NCBI GenBank assembly: GCA_965222605.1
Contig: OZ244960.1
Location: 3,552,001 to 3,616,000, forward strand
Source: Candidatus Latescibacterota bacterium
GTDB taxonomy: Bacteria > Latescibacterota > UBA2968
Direction of reading: 5' to 3'
DNA: 64,000 nt
A program made the position numbers and the translations under genes. The notes beneath the pieces are model-generated. The model was not told the origin of the DNA, searched no databases, and saw only the letters and a program-made list of their open reading frames with translations. Positions 57,133 to 64,000 of this stretch are shown one piece after another (positions within the stretch are counted from its first letter, which is position 1; the number at the start of each line of letters is the position of its first letter).

Positions 57133-57798
57133 ATGCATAGCGATAGCACGCGAAGTCATGTGGCATCGGTCAAGACGCAAAATGGAAATTTTCGGCTTGA
57201 CGCGGTGACGGTTGACGAGCAGGTGCATCATGTGCTTTCTATAAATGGGCGGGCGATTGCGAGTAGCAGTTCCGATTTGGAGATCGCACTTGCCGATCTC
57301 GCGCTGGCTGGCATTTCTCCAAATCAGAGATATGCCGATGTGTTGATCGGTGGGCTCGGACTGGGTGTGACGCTGAGGCAGGTGCTGAAGCACAGGGCTG
57401 TACAGTCCGTTTGTGTGGTGGAAATTGAGCCGCAAATTGTGGAATGGAATCGCACCCATTTGACTAATGCCGATTTGCTGAATGACGCACGGGTCGAGAT
57501 TATTGTGGGCGATTTTTGTTCTTATGTGCAGGGTACACCGCGCAATTATCACGGTATTGCAATGCATATTGATGTTGGGCCAGATCAGGTGGCGCGAGTG
57601 GAGAATCGCCAGGCTTACAGTTTGTCGATGTTGCGCGTGTTGCAAATGCGACTTCGGGCGGGCGGGGCACTTGCGATTTGTGCGGGTGGGGCATCTTATG
57701 AACGGGCACTGCAGCGCGTTTTTGATGCGGTTTTTATGCAGTCCGATCCTGCAGATCAATGCAGATCGCGTACAATTTATCAGGTAATAGCGCAGTAG
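57133..57798 (+). CDS. Spermidine synthase-like SAM-binding protein
   Basis: VLIGGLGLGVTL, VVEIEP, DVGPD. Confidence 0.7.
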   Translation: MHSDSTRSHVASVKTQNGNFRLDAVTVDEQVHHVLSINGRAIASSSSDLEIALADLALAGISPNQRYADVLIGGLGLGVTLRQVLKHRAVQSVCVVEIEPQIVEWNRTHLTNADLLNDARVEIIVGDFCSYVQGTPRNYHGIAMHIDVGPDQVARVENRQAYSLSMLRVLQMRLRAGGALAICAGGASYERALQRVFDAVFMQSDPADQCRSRTIYQVIAQ

Positions 57799-57846
57799 TA
57801 GAACTATTCTCCTCCAAATGGGTGGATTATGAGAAAGGGGCTTGTG

Positions 57847-59154
57847 ATGAGCAAGAATTCACTTACAGTTATTGATAATCGAAATGGAAATACGTATGAT
57901 TTACCTATTACTTATGGCACGTATTCTGAGGACGGCGCTCATGTGCGCTCAGAAGATTTGAGGCAGATTAAGAGTTCGGATAATGATTTTGGTCTGTTGG
58001 GATACGACCCGGCGTATATCAATACGGCATCTTGTAGCAGTTCGGTTACGTATATCGATGGTGCGAAGGGGATCTTGCGCTATCGCGGATATCCCATTGA
58101 GCAGTTGGTGGCGGAGTCTTCTTATCTCGAAGTGGCCTATTTGCTGGTTTATGGCGAGTTGCCCAGCGGCGATCAGTTGGCCGGGTTTTCCGAGCAAGTA
58201 AATTCTCAAACGGTTATTTCAGACGATATTTTGTCTTTTATCGATGGTTTTCCCAAAGGGTCTCATACGATGGGGATGCTGGTGAGCGCGCTGGGCGGGA
58301 TGTCGGTATTTTACGACGATGAGCGAGATTTTGGAACCGAAGAGGCACAACTTCGTCATATTTGTCGTCTGATCGGCAATGTTGCGGCAATAGGTGCTGC
58401 GGTGCATCGCCGCAGTGCGGGCCTGCCTTATGTGCCGGCAAATCCCGAGTTGGGGTTTTATGGCAATTTTTTGAATATGTTGTTTGGTGCCAGGGGTGAG
58501 ACCTATCAGGCTGATCCGGTGCTCGAGCGCGCGCTGGAAGTGTTGCTCATTTTGCACGCCGACCACGGTCAGAATTTATCTACCAGCATTATGCGGGGCG
58601 TTGCCAGTGGGGGTGCAGATCCGTATTCGTCTATGGCCGGTGCAGCAGCGGCGCTTTACGGTCCGGCACACGGGGGCGCGAATGAAGCCGTGCTCAATAT
58701 GCTCAATGAGATCGGCTCGGTGGATAAGGTGCCGGCTTATATCGAGCGGGTAGAAAACAAAGAAGTGGTGTTGCAGGGGTTTGGGCATCGGGTTTACAAG
58801 AATTACGATCCCAGGGCGGCGATTGTCAAAGAGACCGCATATAGTGTGTTTGAAGTGACGGGTAAAAATCCCCTGATTGATATTGCGCTGGAATTGGAAC
58901 GAATTGCCCTTCAGGATGAATATTTTATTTCGCGGCAATTGTATCCCAATGTGGATTTTTATTCGGGTATTATCTATCGGGCTATTGGATTGCCCACGCG
59001 GATGATGACGGTGTTATTTGCGGTGGGACGGTCGTGTGGCTGGCTGGCGCAGTGGAAAGAGATGTTGTGGGATAGCGAACAGAAAATCGCCCGTCCGCGT
59101 CAGATTTATACCGGCGCAGATAAACGCGATTACGTGACGATGGGTCAGCGGTAA
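57847..59154 (+). CDS. gltA: Citrate synthase
   Basis: GILRYRGYPI, LHADH, GPAHGGANE, GFGHRVYKNYDPR, YPNVDFYSG. Confidence 0.93.
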   Translation: MSKNSLTVIDNRNGNTYDLPITYGTYSEDGAHVRSEDLRQIKSSDNDFGLLGYDPAYINTASCSSSVTYIDGAKGILRYRGYPIEQLVAESSYLEVAYLLVYGELPSGDQLAGFSEQVNSQTVISDDILSFIDGFPKGSHTMGMLVSALGGMSVFYDDERDFGTEEAQLRHICRLIGNVAAIGAAVHRRSAGLPYVPANPELGFYGNFLNMLFGARGETYQADPVLERALEVLLILHADHGQNLSTSIMRGVASGGADPYSSMAGAAAALYGPAHGGANEAVLNMLNEIGSVDKVPAYIERVENKEVVLQGFGHRVYKNYDPRAAIVKETAYSVFEVTGKNPLIDIALELERIALQDEYFISRQLYPNVDFYSGIIYRAIGLPTRMMTVLFAVGRSCGWLAQWKEMLWDSEQKIARPRQIYTGADKRDYVTMGQR

Positions 59155-59186
59155 TTTCTCGTTGTAACAAGAATTGGAGGCAGGCG

Positions 59187-60146
59187 ATGGCTTTTATTCA
59201 TATTCCCAAAGGCTGGCAGTTGCCCGAAGGCGAGGTTACGCCCGAACACATTTACCTGAATCGTCGGCGCTTTATGCAGGCTATGGGTATTGCGGGCGCG
59301 AGCGCGGTGATTGGCGCAGGCTGCGCGACAGCAGAAGATGAATTTGAGGTGGAAGTTCCCCTATCGCTGCCGGGTTTGTATCCGGCAAAGCGCAATGAAA
59401 ATTATACGGTGGAGCGGGAATTGACGCGGGAGAAGGTTGCCGCGCGGTACAATAATTTTTATGAATTTACCACGAATAAGGGCAAGGTCCACGAATTGAC
59501 GGATAAGTTTGAGGTGCGTCCCTGGGAGGTCGAGATTACTGGCTCTGTGGAGAAACCCGGGGTTTATGACGTGGATGATTTGCTCAAGCGGTTCGCGCTG
59601 GAAGAGCGCGTGTATCGGTTTCGGTGCGTGGAAGCATGGGCGATGACGGTGCCGTGGACGGGGTTTCCGATGAAGGCGTTGATTGACTATGTGCAGCCCA
59701 AGTCGTCGGCAAAATACGTGCGGATGGTGACGTTCAATCGTCCGGATCAGGCGCCGGGGATCAAGACGCAATCCTGGTATCCGTGGCCTTATTTTGAGGG
59801 CTTGACAATGGAAGAAGCGACGAATGAACTGACGATGCTCGCGACGGGTATTTACGGTCACGCATTGCCCAAACAGCACGGTGCGCCCATTCGGTTGATT
59901 ACGCCGTGGAAATACGGGTTTAAGAGTATTAAGTCCATTGTGAAGATCGAGTTTACCAAACAGCAACCCAAGACGTTCTGGAACGAACTGGCACCTGCTG
60001 AGTACGATTTTTGGGCAAATGTAAATCCCAATGTGCCACACCCGCGCTGGTCTCAGGCAACGGAGGGGTTGATCGGGACGATGGGTCGCGTGCCCACCCG
60101 AATGTACAATGGGTATGGCGATTACGTGGCGAATATGTACGGTTAG
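59187..60146 (+). CDS. msrP: Protein-methionine-sulfoxide reductase catalytic subunit MsrP
   Basis: Tat motif NRRRF, YNNFYEF, RFRCVEAW, HGAPIRL, PWKYGFKSIKSI, HPRWSQA. Confidence 0.93.
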   Translation: MAFIHIPKGWQLPEGEVTPEHIYLNRRRFMQAMGIAGASAVIGAGCATAEDEFEVEVPLSLPGLYPAKRNENYTVERELTREKVAARYNNFYEFTTNKGKVHELTDKFEVRPWEVEITGSVEKPGVYDVDDLLKRFALEERVYRFRCVEAWAMTVPWTGFPMKALIDYVQPKSSAKYVRMVTFNRPDQAPGIKTQSWYPWPYFEGLTMEEATNELTMLATGIYGHALPKQHGAPIRLITPWKYGFKSIKSIVKIEFTKQQPKTFWNELAPAEYDFWANVNPNVPHPRWSQATEGLIGTMGRVPTRMYNGYGDYVANMYG

Positions 60147-60168
60147 TGAAATGCAAGGTAAATTCTTT

Positions 60169-60999
60169 ATGAAGAAAACTGTGCTTGTATTGATCCTGTT
60201 GGTCAGTGTACTCATCCCAGCCCGTATTTTGTCAGGGGAATCTGTGAAGGCTTTGGAGCCGGAACTGAATGATATTGGTCTGGGTATTGGGCACGCGCCG
60301 CCTTCGTTTACACTGCCGGATTTATACACTGGAGAACTGATTTCTCTGAGTGATTTTCGCGGCAAAAAAACAGTGTTTTTCATGTGGGCGTCCTGGTGAG
60401 GGTGCCGCGCTCAGTTGCCTGGATGGCAACAGTTTTACAAAGAGTACGGTGAGCAGGTTGAGGTGGTCGTAATTGCTCAGGATGCACAGGGTGCCGAGGT
60501 TGCCAGTCCCTGGGTTAAAAAGGCTGGTGGCACGTATCGCGCATTGCTGGATCAGCACAACGAGATTGGCAAAGCGTATAACGTCAAATACGTGCCGGTT
60601 GGGATATTTGTGGATGAAGAAGGACGACTTGCCCGTGCTGTTGGTAGCGTTAATATTGGCAATGGGACTCTGCGCGAAGAACTGGTCGAATGGGTCACAA
60701 CGGGGGCTGTTCCCAGTGCCTGGCGCGATGCCGATAAAGGATCAAAACCCCGCGCACTGACTGCGGATGAGCGGGAGGCAGATGCAAAATTCCAGCGCGC
60801 TATCGCACTGCTAAAACAGGGCAAGCGCGAAGATGCGATTGCAGAATTAAAGCGCGCTTATGCTCTGGATCCCAAAAATTGGTTGATCCGAAAGCAGTTG
60901 TGGGCGATAGAGAACCCCGGGATGTTTTACGATGGCAAGGTTGATTATCGCTGGCAAAAGGAACAGATGGCGAGAGAAAATGAGGAATTAAAAAAATGA
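60169..60999 (+). CDS. Secreted TlpA/AhpC-like thioredoxin-fold selenoprotein (WASW-U-GC) with C-terminal TPR, 276 aa
   Basis: ORFs 60109..60399 and 60415..60999 are in frame across TGA 60397-60399; signal peptide, APPSFTLPD, SLSDFRGK, WASWUGCR; SECIS present. Confidence 0.88.
60414..60430 (+). promoter_or_regulatory. SECIS hairpin of the thioredoxin-fold selenoprotein
   Basis: GUUGCC-UGGAU-GGCAAC; loop starts 20 nt after UGA. Confidence 0.75.
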
Positions 61000-62045
61000 A
61001 GTGGCGAGAGAGCGCAAAAAAATTGACGCAGCTCGTCAGTTGCGGTGGTTGAGCATCGAAACTCGATCCAGCGGTGCTGGATGTAATTTTGAAAAAGTTG
61101 CCACAGGTCGCGCATCCCAATTTGATGGTGGGGATGAATACGGCTGATGATGCTGGCGTGTTTCGGATTTCTGAGGATACGGCGCTTATTCAGACGGTGG
61201 ATTTTTTTACGCCTATTGTCGATGATCCGCATGCGTATGGGCAGATTGCCGCAGCGAATTCGCTGAGCGATGTGTATGCGATGGGGGGGCGTCCGATTAC
61301 TGCGCTGAATATTTGCGGGTTTCCGAGTGATGATGTCGAGCCAGAGGTGATTGCCGAGGTTTTAATAGGTGCCCAGGAAAAAGTGGCGGAGTCCGGCGCG
61401 GTTTTGGTCGGTGGGCATTCTGTGGAGGATGTGGAACCCAAGTACGGTTTGTCTGTTACGGGGATTGTGCATCCAGACGATGTGAAGACCAATGCGGGGG
61501 CGCGGGTGGGCGATCGTCTCATTTTGACCAAGCCATTGGGTACGGGTTTGATGTCGGATGCCTATCAAAATGGCGAGATCGATGAAGGTGCTTTGCAAAT
61601 TGCGGTGGATTCTATGGTGCAATTGAATCGCATCGCAGCCGAGGAGATGGTTGCATACAAAGCGGGTGGATGTACGGATATAACTGGATTTGGGTTGCTC
61701 GGCCACGGGTTGGAGATGGCGCAGGCGAGTGGGGTGGGGTTTCGCATTCGAGCTTCTGATGTGCCGCGTTTTGATCTGGCTTTGCAAATTGCAGAGGGGC
61801 GCGAAGGTGGTGGTTTGCGGCGCAATCGGGCGGCGCGAGGGCATGCGGTGGGGTTTGCCGAGGATGTCGGCGAGTCTTTGAGGCGATTGTTTTTTGATCC
61901 GCAGACTTCCGGTGGCTTGTTGGTTGCACTTGCACCCGATGCGGCTGATGGTTTTCTTGAGGCGCTGGCTGAGCGCGGTGTGATGGCTCGAGATATTGGC
62001 GAGGTGGTTGCAGAACATCCCGGTGAGATTGAGGTGATAGGGTGA
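60996..62045 (+). CDS. selD: Selenide, water dikinase SelD (Sec form, UGA 61050-61052)
   Basis: LTQLVSCGG-U-ASKL, DDAGV, QTVDFFTP, ANSLSDVYAMGG, TDITGFGL, DPQTSGGLL; ATGA overlap with upstream gene. Confidence 0.95.
61066..61082 (+). promoter_or_regulatory. SECIS hairpin of selD
   Basis: AUCCAGC-GGU-GCUGGAU; loop starts 20 nt after UGA. Confidence 0.75.
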
Positions 62046-62048
62046 TTT

Positions 62049-62146
62049 GGGAGTGGATGGGGAACTGGTGTCCCCCGCGGGCTTCAAACCCGTTGTTGCG
62101 TGCTAACCCCACGCTAGGTGGGTTCGATTCCCACACATTCCCGCCA
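62049..62146 (+). tRNA. selC: tRNA-Sec (UCA)
   Basis: Anticodon arm GCGGG-CUUCAAA-CCCGU, long variable arm, GUGGG-UUCGAUU-CCCAC T arm, long acceptor stem, GCCA end; directly after selD. Confidence 0.95.
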
Positions 62147-62151
62147 TTTTT

Positions 62152-62189
62152 GATAGCGGAGAAACTTTCTGAGTTTCTCCGCTGTCTTT
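62152..62189 (+). terminator. Intrinsic terminator after tRNA-Sec
   Basis: gatagcggagaaact-ttctg-agtttctccgctgtc plus ttt. Confidence 0.7.
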
Positions 62190-62223
62190 ATGTGAGACGG
62201 TTGACACTACTTCAGGAGGTGTG

Positions 62224-63117
62224 ATGATAAAACGATTGGTTATTTCTGTTTTGCTTTTGGCAGGGTTGTGTTCTCCTGTTCAGGGCTGGTTGTTGGAGGG
62301 GCATCATATTTTGACTTTGTCTGCTGTGGCGGCGTTGCCCGATGAGGTTCCCGTGTTTTTCAGGCAGGGGGCAAAGACGGTGGCGCATTTGAGTATTGAT
62401 CCCGATATGGGCAAGAACCGGGGGACACCGCATGTGCGAGGGGCGGAGTATCCCGAGCATTTTTTAGATCGCGAGATGCTCGATGTGGAGACGCTGCCCG
62501 AGAGTCGATACGCGTTTGTCAAGTTGTGTTATGAGCATGGGGTGTCGCCCGAGAAGATGGGTTTTGTGCCTTATGCGGTGCATGAGTGGACAGAGCGGCT
62601 GGCGGTGGCTTTTGCAGAGTATCGCAAGTGGCCCGATAATCCGCATATTCAGAGTAAGTGCCTGATTTATGCTGGTTTTCTCGCGCACTATGCCGAAGAT
62701 ATGTGCCAGCCTTTGCATTTGACGATTCACTATGATGGGCGCGTGCAAGAGGCGGGCGAGAAGTTGCAAAAGGGTATTCACTTGAAGGTCGATGGTCTGG
62801 TGCAATTTTTGAAGATGGAGCCTGAGGTTTTGTCGCGCGATCAGGATGTGACGCCTTTTGAAAACGAGATGGCTGAAATTATGCGGGAGTTTGAGAAAGG
62901 GTTTGCACTGGTTGACCGGGTTTATGAAATGGGACCGAATATTCCCAGATATGATGAGGAGAATTGGAAGCCGAATGCCGAGGTGATTGCTTTTGCAGAG
63001 GATCGCGCCCGCGCGGCAACGCGGTTTACTGCGCGGCTTTATTTGACCGCCTGGCGATTGTCTGAGCGTTTGGAGATTGCAGATTTTGTGAAACGAGAGA
63101 TGTGGGACGGGCAGTAG
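62224..63117 (+). CDS. Secreted S1/P1 nuclease / Zn-dependent phospholipase C-like protein
   Basis: Signal peptide then WLLEGH; AHYAEDMCQPLH; GIHLKVD. Confidence 0.75.
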   Translation: MIKRLVISVLLLAGLCSPVQGWLLEGHHILTLSAVAALPDEVPVFFRQGAKTVAHLSIDPDMGKNRGTPHVRGAEYPEHFLDREMLDVETLPESRYAFVKLCYEHGVSPEKMGFVPYAVHEWTERLAVAFAEYRKWPDNPHIQSKCLIYAGFLAHYAEDMCQPLHLTIHYDGRVQEAGEKLQKGIHLKVDGLVQFLKMEPEVLSRDQDVTPFENEMAEIMREFEKGFALVDRVYEMGPNIPRYDEENWKPNAEVIAFAEDRARAATRFTARLYLTAWRLSERLEIADFVKREMWDGQ

Positions 63118-63137
63118 TTTATATAAGGAGATTATCG

Positions 63138-64000
63138 ATGCGTCAACTGGGCATGGTCTTATTTGTACTGTTTGTATTTGGGTCTTCGGCATGGGGTTGG
63201 TGGCCGCGGGGGCATGGTATTTTGACGCGGGCGGCTGTTCAGGCTCTTCCGGCAGATGCGCCTGCTTTTTTCAGGGCTGGTGCAGGTATGGTGGCTCATG
63301 CAGCAGTTGATCCGGATGTTGCGAAGAATCGCGGTACGCTTCATCTGGAGAAGGCCATACATCCCGTTCATTATTTTAATATGGAGCTGTTTGAGGCAGG
63401 GGATTTGCCCGCGTCGCGGTACGCGTTTGGAAGGCTTTGTGCAGAGTTGGGAAAGAGGCCAGAGCAGGTCGGTTTGTTGCCGTATATAACAGCGGAGTAC
63501 ACAGAGCAACTCGCTCTGGCATTTGCAGAGTATCGCAAGTGGCCCGAGAGTCCGTTTATTCAAAATAAGTGTCTGATATACGCCGGGTATGTCGCGCATT
63601 TTGCTCAGGAAATTTGTCAGCCTCTGAATCTGACCATTCACTGGAATGGTCGCGTTGTCGATGGCAAGTCGTCAGGGACGCGTATTCACGAAAAAATTGA
63701 TGGGTTGCTTCAAAATTTAGATTTGGAGCCTGAAGCGATTGCCGAGGGATTGACAGCTACGCCTGTGGATAGTTTGATGGCGGGTATTGTGGCACAGATG
63801 CACAGGAGTTTTGGAGAGGTTGAGTCTGCGCTGTCTATGGAGCAGTATCTCGTTCCAAAAGATGTGGATTGGAAGAATGAGCCTGCGGTGCGCGCGTTTG
63901 CGGAGAAGCGGGCAAGAGAAGCCGCGCGTTTTACGGTTTCGCTTTATTTGACGGCGTGGAAGATGTCGGAGAAGATTAGATTGCCCGGTTGGGTTGATCG
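63138..64000 (+). CDS. Second S1/P1 nuclease-like paralog (runs off window end; absent from ORF track)
   Basis: AAGGAG SD; MRQLGMVLFVLFVFGSSAWG-WWPRGH; AHFAQEICQPLN; RIHEKID. Confidence 0.72.
   Translation, partial: MRQLGMVLFVLFVFGSSAWGWWPRGHGILTRAAVQALPADAPAFFRAGAGMVAHAAVDPDVAKNRGTLHLEKAIHPVHYFNMELFEAGDLPASRYAFGRLCAELGKRPEQVGLLPYITAEYTEQLALAFAEYRKWPESPFIQNKCLIYAGYVAHFAQEICQPLNLTIHWNGRVVDGKSSGTRIHEKIDGLLQNLDLEPEAIAEGLTATPVDSLMAGIVAQMHRSFGEVESALSMEQYLVPKDVDWKNEPAVRAFAEKRAREAARFTVSLYLTAWKMSEKIRLPGWVD

Noticed and set aside
62049-64000. Prophage or island integrated at tRNA-Sec
   Set aside because: No integrase or duplicated tRNA 3' end visible in the window

Overview
Bacterial chromosomal window. 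The gene content (sulfatases, sugar catabolism, giant cadherin/FN3/LRR surface proteins, many TA relics) resembles sponge-associated Latescibacterota/Poribacteria-type genomes; this taxonomy is inference only. (1) A ~20.5 kb island (21.8-42.4 kb) bounded by a 37-bp direct repeat encodes five secreted proteins sharing one 55-aa dockerin-like module. Two are giant adhesins that also carry an N-terminal cohesin-like domain, and two are His-rich, disrupted proteins. This suggests a non-cellulosomal cohesin-dockerin assembly system, with a 503-bp inverted-repeat-bounded segment directly upstream of the largest gene. (2) Three selenoprotein genes are split in the ORF track by in-frame UGA: an iodothyronine-deiodinase-like protein, a secreted UxC thioredoxin-fold/TPR protein next to msrP, and SelD. 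Each has a SECIS hairpin whose loop starts 20 nt after the UGA, and tRNA-Sec follows selD. (3) Defence loci: C5-MTase + REase + TIR + an in-frame McrB-N/McrC-C fusion, and a deleted AAA-PIN-RNA ligase operon. (4) Four IS elements with identifiable IRs and TSDs. (5) Several orphan antitoxins and internally deleted genes. All calls come from reading motifs by eye; no database searches were run.
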